A stretch of DNA of 60,127 bases, the filler included, from Basidiobolus ranarum (taxonomy: Eukaryota), in NCBI GenBank assembly GCA_040143965.1. It is 6 parts of 6 records of this genome, joined end to end, with 100 filler letters (N's around TTAATTAATTAA, not from the genome) between each part and the next. Parts side by side here need not be neighbours in the genome. Positions count along the whole stretch, not along the records: positions 1 to 9,960 come from JASJQH010007636.1; positions 10,061 to 20,016 come from JASJQH010007637.1; 4 more parts are not named here. The stretch is one strand, 5' to 3'. A program made the position numbers and the translations under genes. Under the pieces are notes generated by a model. It made no database searches and was not told where the DNA came from. It was given only the letters and a program-made list of their open reading frames with translations. Numbering within the stretch: position 1 is the first letter of the stretch; the number at the start of each line of letters is the position of its first letter. This document shows positions 1-13,321 of this stretch, one piece after another.

Positions 1-632
1 CGATAGGTTGTTGTCTCTTTGATAGCGCAGTTAATCCTGATGGTCACATCATTTGAGAATGGAACACAGCGGATCTTGATAGGAATAATATCCCCTAATC
101 CATACACTTTCTTGTGAGTAAAGACCTCGATATTCATGAAATTAGGAATGATTTCTGACAGTATAATCGGATCGTCTTCCTCGGGACAAAACCTTTTGAC
201 TAACACTTCTTTTTTCGTGGCAAGCTTCGTCAGAAAGGGAGGTCGTTCAGCAATGGCTGTAAGTGAATAGTTGCAGCGAACCACTTGCGTGGAAATCGTT
301 TCCATCAAATCTCCACCAAGTGCGAATTCGAAGGGAAATTTATGCTTACCAGCTGGTAAAGTATGGAAACCTGAGCTAGGCTCCAATAGAACAAGTGTTA
401 CATCAATCAATTTGCTCTTGAATCGACACTTCTTATTCAGTAGGGCTGCGCTATAAATCCAATGTACATTACTCTCCCCTCCAAAGTTTAATGTTAATGA
501 TTTTATCTTAGTGTTCCTCTTGAGGTGAACGGTCACTACCCCTTTCAACGCCTTACCAGCAGAGGTTGATGGGCAGCCATAGAGGGCGAAATATGGATTA
601 TTGAGGTGGATCTCGATTGACGAATTGGGCAT
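1..632 (-). CDS. Alpha-arrestin (arrestin N-domain protein), 3' end runs off the window
   Basis: Manual translation from the ATG at 632: MPNSSIEIHLNNPYFALYGCPSTSAGKALKGVVTVHLKRNTKIKSLTLNFGGESNVHW...FHTLPAGKHKFPFEFALGGDLMETI...YSLTAIAERP...IKETTTYR. The frame stays open to position 1, has typical arrestin_N motifs and resembles the 5683-6756 paralog. Confidence 0.88.
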   Translation of the reverse strand, partial: MPNSSIEIHLNNPYFALYGCPSTSAGKALKGVVTVHLKRNTKIKSLTLNFGGESNVHWIYSAALLNKKCRFKSKLIDVTLVLLEPSSGFHTLPAGKHKFPFEFALGGDLMETISTQVVRCNYSLTAIAERPPFLTKLATKKEVLVKRFCPEEDDPIILSEIIPNFMNIEVFTHKKVYGLGDIIPIKIRCVPFSNDVTIRINCAIKETTTY

Positions 633-3600
633 AGGATTGGCGATGAAAGTTAGAAAGAGGTAAGGGAATTAAGCCGAAATTTGAGGATTCCCAACAGTGG
701 TGGGTACCTTTTATATATGTCAAATGTTCTTTGTCAACCATGTCATACAGGTTTTGCCTGCCTCGAAATCTAGTTTGGTATATAAATGTGATCTATCCCA
801 GTCTAGATGTATATTTATGATCTTTGCCAATTACTTTTCTGACTTTCCGCTGTGGTGATATCGTTTCCGAAATATCGATGGGCCATAAAATGCCACCGAT
901 GTTTCACTCACAAGGTGTGTTTCGCCTACAACATGAGCTTAATGGGCATGTATTGGCCACATTACCAATTCACACGAAAACAACACTGTTCGGTAGTTTT
1001 CTGTCAATATTTGGGCTTGAAACAATATGGCACGGAGGCGCGTACACATCCAGTAATGCATACAGTGTATGCTAGATAAAAGTATTTCTTGCTCTAAATA
1101 CCAACCAGAGTGACACTTGTTATTGTTGGTTCGGTTCGATTTATTGTTATGTCGCTAAGGTTTAAGGATTAGGAGTTTTCCTTGCATGGGCTCAAGTTTT
1201 TGACAGTTTTAGGTGCAATTCCCGCGACCGAATAGTTCGCTCTTTATCACGGGAAACCAGGGGAATGGGTTGTTATGATCTAGGGAACAAGCCCTGGCAG
1301 TTCAACTTTTGAGCCCTCCCTGAATTAATTAACCTAACGTGGTTTCACCAAGAAACTGTCAATCATAATTGCTCTACGGATCATGATTAACTTGTTTATT
1401 CCCCCAACCTGCTCATAATTCCTCCAGCATCCAACCTACATAGCAGTAGTGGATAATCCATGGGCAACAGATAGGATAGCGCCTAAAATTCAGGTAAACC
1501 ACATTAACTCTCCGCTTTGATTTATCCACCATAAATGACGTGGGAACCCCTTCTTAGCCACACTCGGTTTTTAAAACGCATAGCACTTTCACACCGAATT
1601 GGATCCTATGATCAGAAGGGTGTTTTCATACATAAGCAAGTACAACAATTGCCACTTTGAAAGAGGAAGCCTTTACACCTTCTAAACAAAAACTTGATTC
1701 AGGTTTAATGTGACAACTCTCTTTTTAAAATAACAAGAATACAACTCCACCGAAAGCATGATGAGAAAATAAGCATTCGATGCAGATAGGATATAGTGAC
1801 ACATGCTCTTATCTGATAGGATTATCGCTCCGGAGGTTGACTAATCTTATCAACAACTCGTTAATTTTAAATAAATTCAACCATGTCATGTGAATGGTGT
1901 TTGAGGTAGCACTGTGCTGGAAGTCATTGAGAACTAATCAAACTACATATTAACCGAACCCAGATTCTCTTCAAGTTTAGTCCAATAAACCGGAGAGTTT
2001 TGAAGTTGCAAAGAATACAGGATGATTTTTGACAGCTGATGCTCTCCTCACAAAAACAGCAATCAAGGACGTCCTTTCTCATTACCCTTCATGAATTGGA
2101 TTGCTCAAAGGAAATGTGAGAATAGCTGGCCAAACCTGTTATTCTGTTGTTGTTATTCGCCGAGTGGAGATTGGCGTATATTGCACTTCTCGTTTTGCCC
2201 TCGTTATAGAGCTCATCGAAATAGGGTGAATTGGAAGTTTCACTTTAAAGAAAATAGACCTTTTCAGCTGTTAGTAAGACCAAATGTCGAAATCTTCTAT
2301 ACGTTTCAGCAACCTTTTAGGCTATTTAGTAAGACAAAATGCTGAAATCTTTACGTCTCATGCAAGAGTCGTTGGTTCGTGTACACTAATTAATCCGAGC
2401 CAAGAACTGCAATATTCTCATAGTGGAAATCATTTACGCGGACGGCTTCGCTGGTGATGGGATATTGCATATAATGTTCTCATCAGTCTCCCTTCTTGTG
2501 TGGCTACTTTCTCACCTGTCAACCTGTAACTTGTGGTTCGGGTTAATCCATACTGGTTTGGATCGCTTAACAAGAGAAATTCCACATATCACCACACAAA
2601 TTAGCCAATTATTGATTTCGTTGGAATGGATCAGAACATTCCTTAGGACTTCTAATTCGCATAAAGTTAAATCGCCTTAAACTACTCATGATACCACCCG
2701 ATTTGCCTCCAGCTTATATATACTTTATTATTCTAGGCAGATCTTTACTAGCAATTTCAATCGAAGTTGTGGCATCAAATCAGTGTGAAATAAATCATCT
2801 GAACCCTAAAATTGATAATCTGAAGGACATCAAATATTCCTGATCTAATTATTACGGGATCTTTCAGGTGGAAATGCAGTCAATCAATCAAAAGATTGAT
2901 CGAATCGAATTGATCTTATAAGATATCGTGGCCACACCGACAGACAGTAAATGCAATCATATCGGATAGTGTGGGATATTCACTCACCAAGAGTTCACGT
3001 ATCAGCATAGTTTCTACGTTCTCTATGACTATCCATTCTAATCCTTCTTGACCTTCTTATGCTTGAGTTATTTAACTGCAGGAATTCTTTTTCACTCAAC
3101 ATTAGATGTAGGATACATCGTCGTGCACATCTCGCCAATGTCTATTGTAGGAGCTGCTCACCAATGACATTTTGTAATCTCCCATGATGAGTTAGTTTGA
3201 TTAAACCATTTTAGATGCCCAGCTTATCTATATACATCTTACTACTTGCATGTAACTCTTGCTAGAGATTCTGTCCATCAGTTCCTCCTCATCGACGTAT
3301 GATATCATACCATGATGTTGCTACGCATGCACTTTATAGTATTAGGGTTACTTTGGTTCAACTCCGCTTGGATTTTATGCAAGTAATTCGATCAAACGCA
3401 GGAGTACAAGTACATAGCTGTACTATATCGAACATGAGCTCCTGATAGTCGAGTCTATATTGCCATGGTGATTTGTCAACCTCAAGAACAAGCAGCTGCG
3501 ATAAGAATAGTGCTCAAACTATGGAACCTATTTGGAAATTTGTATGTTGAGTCAACAGAACTGATGTTCAAAGTGAAGTATTTGAACAAATGAGGAGCTA

Positions 3601-4042
3601 TAGTAAAGAGCAAAAATAATTCCTGCTAACTTTTTTGTATACAACCCAGGTACTGCTGGAGCTCAATTACTTTTTTGTGAGTTTCATAACAAAATAGTTG
3701 TTGTCTGTGTCTAAAAATATGGAATTAAAGTATCCTATAACCTATTCGTTGTCACAGGAAATGTTCACTTTTCTTCAGTGACCAAAAAATGCAGTCAATA
3801 GAAAACAGAGAATTCTTGTCTAAATTTCCACGCTATCTCTCACAAAGTGGTGATCTTGTTTATTGAATATGAAGTCTTATTAATGCAATATAGCATTGGG
3901 AATAACTGAGGAGATTGGAAAGAGGATGGATGCTTTGCAATATCGCAAAAAGGTCCAAGGGATTTCTAGATACCGTGGAAACATAAGAATTATCATATTA
4001 AGGAAGCACAACTTTATAGATAGTTAACAGCTCTTCCAACTT

Positions 4043-4393
4043 CTAAAGCCTATTCATCTGCCAAGATCTTAAGCCTGGATTTTGAAAGAAATTAGAACAT
4101 CCAGTATGGACTCCATTCTGCCGACTTGCTTTAATCATTTTACGTTCACGATCACGGATCATCGGGAGATATTCTTTGGTTATGTCCCGGTGCTTGGATT
4201 GAAGGTGATAGTAAAGCTTCTCAATGATTTCATAGTCAGCTAAGGTAAAAGGTTTAGGCTTATTGTCAGTAATCTCGGGTATATCGGTAATGCTTCCATC
4301 CAAGTTCAAGTACATCCAATCGTCGTCAATGGCAATGACATCTTGAGGGCTGGTCTTCTTTTGGTAAAGAAAGCTGGTAATCCATTCAAACAT
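4043..4393 (-). CDS. Small hypothetical protein (MFEWITSFLYQKK..., ~116 aa)
   Basis: ORF with protein-like composition and a TATA-like TATAAA ~110 nt upstream on the minus strand. No recognisable family. Confidence 0.4.
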   Translation of the reverse strand: MFEWITSFLYQKKTSPQDVIAIDDDWMYLNLDGSITDIPEITDNKPKPFTLADYEIIEKLYYHLQSKHRDITKEYLPMIRDRERKMIKASRQNGVHTGCSNFFQNPGLRSWQMNRL

Positions 4394-5682
4394 GCTTAGA
4401 GGGTAGATGGGGTAGGTTGAGGAGTTGAGGTAGGTAAACAGAATGTTACGTTTATTTGAGATGAGCAGATGTGTCAAAACCAACATACATTCTCTGGGCC
4501 TTTATACCGACATACCCCTTGATTTGCTCTTAATAAAATTCCCCTGGTTGCAAGTCGTGTTGTCCAAAATTCTCCAGACAACACCATCACGCATTAAGAT
4601 CGATGCTATTGCCAATCCGCTTCCATGAGTTAAATTGATTCGCGCTAACTGTCCACAAATCCAGGGGATTAGAAAAAAAGGGGCTGAGGAGTTCGATATC
4701 TACTTAGTAGAATCGCTACCACAAGACCTAAGATCTGGGATATTGGCTAACTGCTTACGGTGCAAACTATGCGTGATTACAATCACTTTAAATGTGATTA
4801 GCCCATAATAGAGTAGCATTTCTACTAGCTTGGTATGTAGAAAGCAATTGCAATTGTAATTTCAATGGAATTGATATTGTTTCTTCACAAACCTGATTTG
4901 GATCGATCTCACGTGCAGTTGCAAATCTAGTATTGTGAATATTGGCGTTGGTAATGACACAGCAAGCAGCCTGAGAATGTGCAAGCATCTTTAGTCGCAA
5001 TTGTCAAGCCACCCACATGATGCAGTTCTGCCATATGATATGGGCAGTTATCAATAAGCGACTTAGAAATCTCATGTAATAGGCTACAAAAATCACGCTA
5101 TTGAGAGTAGTTAGCCAATCACAGGTGCCGAGAAAAGCAGTGATTTGGCTCACAAATCGAAAGAGACCCAAAGTGGCTCATAATACAATAGTACAATAGT
5201 GTTTTAAACATTCAATTCATATCAAGAGGCAATCAATGCAATTTGGAGCTGATAACGCCCAAGCTTTCAGGATGATGCGAAATGGAAGGAGTGGGTCCAT
5301 AGAATGCACATTTGTTTGGAAACAAACATTTAATTTAGTTTGTACATTACTCACAATTATTCAACGCTTCCATTTACAACTAGCCGATCGGGAAATATAC
5401 TATCTCAAATAGAAAACAGATTAAAAATGATACAAGACACGGATATTTGAGCCATCAGGAGAAATCAATAAATAATTTACAAATCAGCGAATGATACAGC
5501 TCCTTGGGCGACAAGGCCACCACCACAGTGTATTGGTTGTGCGACAATAACATCGCAACCTGTGAACAGCATTTCGCGTACGACAATTGGTATTCTTGGG
5601 CTCCAGTGGCAATTAATTAGCATAATAACAATGATAGATCTGCAGCAACATCACTAGAGCTTGAGACACAGTAAAGGGTCCA

Positions 5683-6756
5683 TTACGTGCATAGTGCCAT
5701 TTCCTTCGACATGTAGGCTGGCGGTGGAGTGGCGCAAAGGTATTCCGCATTCAAATTAGAATAACTCGGTGGACTGCGCGATAATTCACATTGGATGGGG
5801 CTCTGTAATAGTATAGGTATTTCCACCATCGCTGACCATTTTCTTTTATCGGAATCAACAAATCTAGATTTTATCATTAATTTATGAGTGATAGTGATGA
5901 AGTTTGTTTCACAATCACACCCAGATATTGTTGGTATCTTCACTTTGATTTTCTCTCCCACACATAGCTCAATGTGATGCAGCAACTCCGAGAACTGTCG
6001 TATACTGTTGGCGAGTTGGGTACTCTCGGACGTTGCAATCATGGTTGTGGGGTGTCGATACGTGGTAACTTCCATTAGGCGTAAACTGATTTTGTCAAGC
6101 TTTAGGGCCGAGGATTTAAACACATATTTCGCAGTAGCTGAGAGGGTATTGCCAATGGTAACTATTCCTTGTGGAATGCTGATGTGATAATAGATAAACT
6201 TACCCCATATCCCAGACGAATAGTTAGACACCTCGGGAATTTCAGTAGGTAGATAAACACGCTCAACTCGGAAACTCTGGTGTCTTTTAATATTGGTGAA
6301 AGGAAACGGGCGAACCACTATTACTGATACCTGGTACAATATTCTTCCGTATGGCACCTCCACGGTCTCGGGAAGGTCTCCTTTGAGAGGTAGTTCGAAA
6401 TCAAAACGGTATTGTCGCTGGCCTTCAAAGCAGTGATAACCAACACTTGGGCCGAGTAATAATAGCTTGTTTTGAGTTAGAACTTTGTATGCTCCGTATA
6501 ACTCTGTACAATGTAATAAGTTAGTTTGCGAAGTGGTAAGAACCCTTATTAGGGGCGACCAACCTTGTGAGTTTTCTAAGCTAAGGGTTCCTTCAAGCTT
6601 CAAGCAGATGTAGCGAATTTTAATGGACTTTGAGGGAGTAAACAGTACAGTGCCCGATACAACTGAGCCTACAGAATCCTCAGGGCTTCCATGCATCACT
6701 ACTACGTCATTGCTTAGACGTACCTGGAGAATGTCTTCGTGAGTCATGCGACTCAT
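5683..6756 (-). CDS. Alpha-arrestin / ART-type ubiquitin-ligase adaptor with C-terminal PY motifs; probable 60-nt intron at 6504-6563
   Basis: Motifs VVSGTVLF..IKIRYICLKLEG, YRFDFELPLKGDLPETVEVPYGRILY and FITITHKL; C-terminal PPSY and PPAY (PPxY) motifs. Confidence 0.92.
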   Translation of the reverse strand: MSRMTHEDILQVRLSNDVVVMHGSPEDSVGSVVSGTVLFTPSKSIKIRYICLKLEGTLSLENSQGWSPLIRVLTTSQTNLLHCTELYGAYKVLTQNKLLLLGPSVGYHCFEGQRQYRFDFELPLKGDLPETVEVPYGRILYQVSVIVVRPFPFTNIKRHQSFRVERVYLPTEIPEVSNYSSGIWGKFIYYHISIPQGIVTIGNTLSATAKYVFKSSALKLDKISLRLMEVTTYRHPTTMIATSESTQLANSIRQFSELLHHIELCVGEKIKVKIPTISGCDCETNFITITHKLMIKSRFVDSDKRKWSAMVEIPILLQSPIQCELSRSPPSYSNLNAEYLCATPPPAYMSKEMALCT

Positions 6757-9700
6757 TACTTTAAATATAAAGAATTCTAGAGAATAACTACGAAAATTGA
6801 GTGGATTCTAGAGGATGGATTTCTTTTATAGTAGTATCTCCGTACTCCCCGATGAAACATCAAGCTGCTTTTTAAATTAACTGAGAATTTGGGGGAGGGG
6901 GATAAAGTGCTTAGTACTGCAAATTTTGATTTTGCCGTAGAAATGAGTAAATCTATACTAAAAATAATGCATTCGTCATACGGAGGCATCAACTGTCACA
7001 TGAACTGTGAATCCCGAATCTGGGATACAGTGGTTGAAAATGGCTGAATGCCTTTGTCTTTACAAACCAGCTTTTGACAGTATAAGCCAAGGTTTGATGG
7101 GAAAAATACATCATGCAAGAACCGGTGTTGATTTCGGTTTTTTTGTATGGCTGAGAGTGATTTTTGCAAAGCTAGATCCCTAATGCATGATCCTAATGCG
7201 CGGTGGATATATCGATGGGAAAATAGCCATGTACAGCTCTGGGGTTAAGCTCATAATCTCAGAACCTAGAACACGATATATTGTCATTTTATCGATCTAA
7301 CAACGCTAGAGGCATCTTGCTGCAGATATTGCACTCCAAGTGAAAACAATGAAACGATATTGAATTCATTTAGTTCATGTACAGTGGAATACAGAACCTT
7401 TCTACCCACGAGCACTAAAGTCACTAGTTTCCATTGGTGCAGGTATTAAATCTATACTAATCTGGACTTTCAATAGAGTTTGATGAATCTCTAAATTGCA
7501 CACTTGCTCCTGGTATAAGAAGCTTCCGAGTCTGATTTGAGTGATAACCGATAAGAAAGACCCATGAGGATATAACTAAACTACGCTTCAGGCTAAATCT
7601 TCCATGAACACTAGAAACCTAATACTGGATTCTGGCCAACGATTGTTCGTTGCCAGTACGTGTGAAACACCATCATTAACATCTCCATGCTTGCCAGGGC
7701 TGAGAACAGTATCAATTAACTGGTTTTAATCTCAAATTCATTCAATTTAAAATATAATCTAGGTAAGATTGCGTTTCGTACAATCGTTACCGGAAATCGC
7801 AAGAAATGAGGAGAATCAAATATCACCTGTGCGTTACACTAAAATTGCTAAACCTTATACAGACAGTCGACTGATATCCGATAGATACATCACGTGATGT
7901 GTACTCCTAAACTCAATAATAGTCTTGGATTTAATGCTACCTCAACCTTAGGCATTCAGCTACTCAATTACCATCGTTGACGTTTCGTTTTTGTCTTACT
8001 TACTTACCTGTATTTACGTAAGTAATCTAATGAAAATTGAAAGAACACTGGATCTCCTGACACCACACGAGTTTGTTCATATATTGTTTGATAATATCTT
8101 ATCCGTATAAAAGAAACCCGATTTTGCTAAAGATTAATTAGAGTTAGACCCTGACTGTTATATTGCACTTTAACATTCCCTTAATGGTGAGCTAATGTTC
8201 TGATGCCCCTTCGGTCTGAAGTATAAGCAGCAAGTAGATTGCCCTTTTTTGATCTATATTATTTTGGTGCTATATCTTTATGCTTCCATTCGCTAGGACT
8301 GTTGTACATATTGACTATACTTTACATACCTAATGCTATTCCCCAGGCGTGGGCACCTCTGCTTATCTGCTGATGTGAGCATGATTTTACAGGAGTCAGC
8401 TAGACTGGTCGCTAGAGCAAGTATAGGAGTTGAGCAAATAGCAACGAAATACTTAATTTGGTGCAGTGTCCAGCGCTGCTTTCCAATAAAGATACTTTAT
8501 TTGTAGATGGTGATAGAATAGGCACGATACAATGATAGTATTGAGTAAAAGCGAGGCAGACGCTTGATTGCACATTAATGAAATATCCAGGGAGAATCTG
8601 TTCTACCACGGAGTAACTTTCACATTCCTTGCATAATTTCGGAAAATTTTAGAGGTGTCATCCTATAAAATAACTAGGGATTGTTTTCAATTATTATTTA
8701 CAAATATTCTGTTAGTAACAGAAAAGATAGAATTCCTGCATGATGCATTATACCGTCGAAGTCAAGGTGGTTCGAAGGCGCTATAAAAGGGAATAAAGTG
8801 TTCAACAAGGCTCTCTGTAATTATTGGATACAGAGCTGAATCATTGACCTAACTTCGGCCATATTCTGCCAGTTGTCATAGCCCTGGTTACCAAATAACT
8901 CGGTATCACATGAAACAGTAATATTATCTAGGGATGTTCTTGGCCCCTGGTTATAGTACTCATTGACAAGCTCAGCAAAGACCGCTATGGTGAGAAAAAT
9001 CAGCCGTCTATTTACCCAATAAATCAACTCTGACATCGCTTTCTCTCCAATGAAGTCACACATTAGAAATGAGCCTGATTCTGTGAAAGCTATACAAGTC
9101 ACAAAACAGTTTGTGCTGAGATTTATTCTTAATTACTGACTGATTCTTAGCATTTCGTCTACGTCGAACAAGGGATATCACTTGCCTAACCAATGACGTA
9201 TCGGCACTCTACAAACCTTGGTATTAATACTGCATTTTAACCAAGTACTACTAGAACACTATTCGTTCATCTAAAATTAAGTTAGATTACAGTCGAGTCT
9301 TAAAGATGTCATTATATTATGAACGCTAAATCCTTCAAACCTTAAACAATCATAGAAATGATTACATGGCTTCCTGATGGGAGTACTAGCACAATCCTGC
9401 GTGAGAAGAGACATACTTGAGAATCAAAGCTTGAAAAACCCCATGAAAAGGTTGGTAAGATGGGTTTTTGAGATTTAGACATATGTTATATCTGCTTGGA
9501 AGACATGAGTCTTAAGAGTAGTCACTGGTTCTAGTCATTTTAGGCATTTCGAGAGCTGCTTATTACCAAAATGAAGCACAAGAATGCATATTCAAGTATC
9601 GGAATTCAGTATCAAGCACTCTCTGAATCTAATTATATGAGTCAAAAATTCTCCATTGAAACGACTGCACCAAACACTTCGGAGGTGCTCATTTGAAGGG

Positions 9701-9960
9701 TAAATCATAAAATAAACCCACTTATAGAGGAATTGGAAATTTTTATCAAAATCAAGGGTAAAATAGGAGTGCATAATTGTCCAAACACATATCACACATA
9801 ATTGATGCAGGAGTGAACTATAGGACGATGCGCTCCACAAGTTAGAATTTTACTAAACTTGTTCAGTTTTTCGCGGTTCCTTGGGATAATATGAGCTCAA
9901 GTTTACTCTCGAGTACATACAATAGAATATAGCTAATTAAGGTTTGCATCAGAGATCGTT

Positions 9961-10060
9961 NNNNNNNNNNNNNNNNNNNNNNNNNNNNNNNNNNNNNNNN
10001 NNNNTTAATTAATTAANNNNNNNNNNNNNNNNNNNNNNNNNNNNNNNNNNNNNNNNNNNN
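9961..10060. other. Artificial contig linker (N44-TTAATTAATTAA-N44)
   Basis: Identical 100-nt spacer with stops in all six frames, repeated five times in the window. Confidence 0.97.
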
Positions 10061-11258
10061 GCAAACCCTTCAACTTGGAAAATTTACTCGGTTGTATATT
10101 GAATATTAAATTATGAAGTCATCTTAAATAAACGATGCAACTGGTTATTTACTGTAAGAGTAAAGATAGTGGAAAAACACGGCGTGTGACCTTGGGTACA
10201 GTATATTGAGCGTGATATGCTCCTAATTAGAGATATCAAGTCCATACTGTAATGTGTGATGAGTTGTTCACAGGTTGTCATTGGACCCCGGTACTTACTA
10301 AATACTGTAATGATAGGTATCATGCTCAGGTGTTAGACAGTAGATATTTTGAAGGTAGTATGATGAGGAAGATTGAATTAGTCCGAGAGGGACCTGAGAA
10401 GATTAAGCACTAACATACGATTTTTTGTCTCGTCTTGTCTGTAGATTGAGGTAATCCATAGCAGGAGAGTAACTGCAGGCTTAAGTGGGGATTATTCATA
10501 TACATCAGAGATAGTTTCCAGTAAGTATTTCAGGTATTTTATTGGCAGTTGTAAGGATGACGATATCCAAAAGAGATATGGGTTGATGCATGTAGGAACT
10601 TATGAGTAGAGAATAATCCCTGGGGGTCAAGTCATATACGGGAGTGATAATAGAGATACATTCAACATAGCAATCCGGATTGTTGTGGTGCCATGAAGCA
10701 ATGCTGTTATCATCTATTTAACACTGAGGAATCCATTGAACGCAATGTTTCTTGGTAGCTTTGATTAGAAACATCGGGGCCTTAGTGAACGGCCATAAAT
10801 AAACTGCAACTTGGCTATCATAATATCGAGGAATGTGATCTAGTGTCTAGTGTATCTACTATTAGTATAAGTACAAAGCAATTCTTGTACCTGTTAATTT
10901 AACACTTTTGAGTGTAACTTGAAGCAATGCCGAAACGTTGACACTATTGAGGCATGGAGCATCATGAGTATTTAATATATGGAAGTATATTATGACTACC
11001 ATGAGATTATGTTGCTTCCGCTGTCAATTTGTGATGTTTTCAGCCAAAACTTGGGTTGTCTGATTGAGTGCAGTACCAACTCTTCAGTTGTGTTTTTCTC
11101 TTTGCCTTGAAGCATGAGTGGGAATGATTCAAAGTCTTGCTTCTTAACTCAACATCCTTAATGATAGGAAGAATAATTAGTGACAACTTCATATAGGCTC
11201 CTAATTCAGAACTCACTGTGTTCTCTAGTAGGTACTTAACTCTACAGCTCTAAACCTT

Positions 11259-11568
11259 CAGTATATTGTTGTAATTAACATAGCCTAAACATCTATGTAG
11301 ACATATATATTTGGTTATTTCATATTTCAACAAGATATCACTCACTATTCTCAAAAGGAATTTACTTGGAAGATTTTTCAACCTTGTCCTAGAGGCCCCA
11401 GACTTTTCTGGGACCTTCCTTAACACATTCTACACGCTTGTTTGTTTACCTCTTGACAAAACTATAAATATCAACTTTCCACTCAATAGATCGATAAGTG
11501 AAAAGCACAAATTCTTCTAGTTCTCCAAATCACTTCCAACAACTCCCAAAACATTTCAACATATACTG
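11259..11568 (+). mobile_element. MITE-like dispersed repeat, copy 1 (termini CAGTATAT...ATATACTG)
   Basis: Shares TAGCCTAAACA-CTAT, GGACCTTCCTTA-CA-ATTCTACA and TCTTGACAAA-CTAT-AAT-TCAACTTTC-ACTCAATAG with the other copies. Its right end is the reverse complement of the left end of copy 3. Confidence 0.7.
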
Positions 11569-12399
11569 GTTTTACCAAGCGATAACAAATGGTAGTATTG
11601 AAGCAGACTAGCTTACTGCCTTGTGCACTCTCATATCCTAGATGTAGAAATAAAAAGCTGCTTCTAACATTCTTCGCCAGAAATCCTCATGAATCCATTT
11701 GATTTGTCAATATATGGCTCAACCTGTAATTGTGATGAATAATCTTGAATCATGCAGCTTTATTTGATTAAATCCAGTGTACCTCATTTCACAGCTGAAG
11801 TTCATATACTCATATAGCTGTATATTCTACATAATTGAACTCTTTCTGCAATACAATATACATATAAAAAACATTCCAGGATTCAGAGCTAGCTTGGAAG
11901 TGTTTCAAAGAATACATCTCATCATTTGCAACATAGTATGGCACATATTTTGCAACGCTGAATGGATACTAAAGATTTATGTGATGGAGTACCGATGAGT
12001 AGACCTGTGTGATCTACTTGGACTTACACATAAAAATTCCCACTAGAAGTATGGGCTGGTGGATTTTCTCATACTGTTGCTTATAAACGTGCCCGTAGCA
12101 CACATTTAAGAGTGAGTCTAATGCTTGATTTTTGACATTAACCATGTATATCCAAATGGATTGCAAGGATCTGAAAATCACACGAGAATCACATCACTCG
12201 CCTGATTCTTCCAATTTTTCATACGCGCCAGCTGTAAAATCGATTTTTTTTTCGAATTGACGAAAAAAAGAGCCAATAAGCCGGGGTAGAATAGCCCTCT
12301 GTTTGTTGATTGGGTATCTCCCTGATCAGGTATAAAATTTTGATCATTTGGATGGCCAGATTCTTTCTCCCTGACTCTACGACCGTGTACTTGCACAAG

Positions 12400-12487
12400 G
12401 TTAGTATTGGAGCGATCAACATCCATTTCGTGATGAGTTCATCCGTCTCTAGACCGCATTGCTAACAAATTTATTCTCCTACTGTAG
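12400..12487 (+). promoter_or_regulatory. 5'-UTR intron of RPS22
   Basis: GTTAGT donor at 12400, GCTAAC branch point, pyrimidine tract and TAG acceptor at 12487, 14 nt before the ATG. A pyrimidine-rich putative start region lies near 12361. Confidence 0.8.
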
Positions 12488-12501
12488 CTTTGTAAATCAA
12501 A

Positions 12502-12894
12502 ATGGTCAGAATCTCCGTCTTGAACGATTGCCTTAAGAACATCAACAACGCCGAGAAGCGTGGAAAGCGTCAAGTTCTTATCAGACCTTCCTCCAAGGTC
12601 ATCGTTAAGTTCTTGTCTGTCATGCAAAAGCATGGTTACATCGGTGAATTCGAAGAGATTGATGATCATCGTTCCGGCAAGATTGTTATTCAACTTAACG
12701 GTCGTTTGAACAAGTGTGGTGTCATTTCCCCTCGTTTCAACATCAAGCTTACTGACGTTGAAAACTGGATCAACCAATTGTTACCTTCCCGTCAATTCGG
12801 TTACATTGTTCTCACTACCTCCGCTGGTATCATGGACCACGAAGAAGCCCGTAGAAAGCACACTGGTGGTAAAATCTTAGGTTACTTCTACTAA
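12502..12894 (+). CDS. RPS22: 40S ribosomal protein uS8 (S22/S15A)
   Basis: 130 aa [38 protein letters not shown]...[11 protein letters not shown], highly conserved and with strongly biased codons. Confidence 0.99.
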   Translation: MVRISVLNDCLKNINNAEKRGKRQVLIRPSSKVIVKFLSVMQKHGYIGEFEEIDDHRSGKIVIQLNGRLNKCGVISPRFNIKLTDVENWINQLLPSRQFGYIVLTTSAGIMDHEEARRKHTGGKILGYFY

Positions 12895-13321
12895 GTACTA
12901 TATGATATCCATATTTTTCAACCAATAAAAGTCTAACGACTGTTACACTTCAAAAATTCTCCTCATTTTTATCACAACCTGCCATCGTGTGACTACGTGT
13001 ATCAACCGAAATTTGAAAATTAACAAGGAATTGACTTTGAGGCGCAAAGCTTAACATCCAACTAATTTTTTGGAGCTCGACGGGTAACACTACGACTAGT
13101 TGACATGGAAATTGGTCAGCGTCTCGACTTCATTTTATAAATATGTTGGACACACTATGTGTGTATTATGTCAGCAAATTGGTCGATATTTATGGGAAGA
13201 AATCCTCATTACATACTACTACTGTTTGTAGGAAGAAAGAATAACGTGAATTGTAAGTAGTGTTGTTGGTTGTTATAAATGCTACTTACCTCTGACTCCA
13301 TAGTACTATCAATTCGTGAAC

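Noticed and set aside
2255-2360. Two imperfect ~55-nt direct repeats (TTAGTAAGAC-AAATG--GAAATCTT)
   Set aside because: Only two degenerate copies with no spacer structure; an ordinary local duplication, not CRISPR-like.
12430-12487. GTGATGA (C-box-like) in the RPS22 intron suggesting an intronic snoRNA
   Set aside because: No CTGA D box downstream within the intron, and too little room before the branch point.
12439-12777. 112-aa minus-strand ORF
   Set aside because: Antisense shadow of the codon-biased RPS22 gene.
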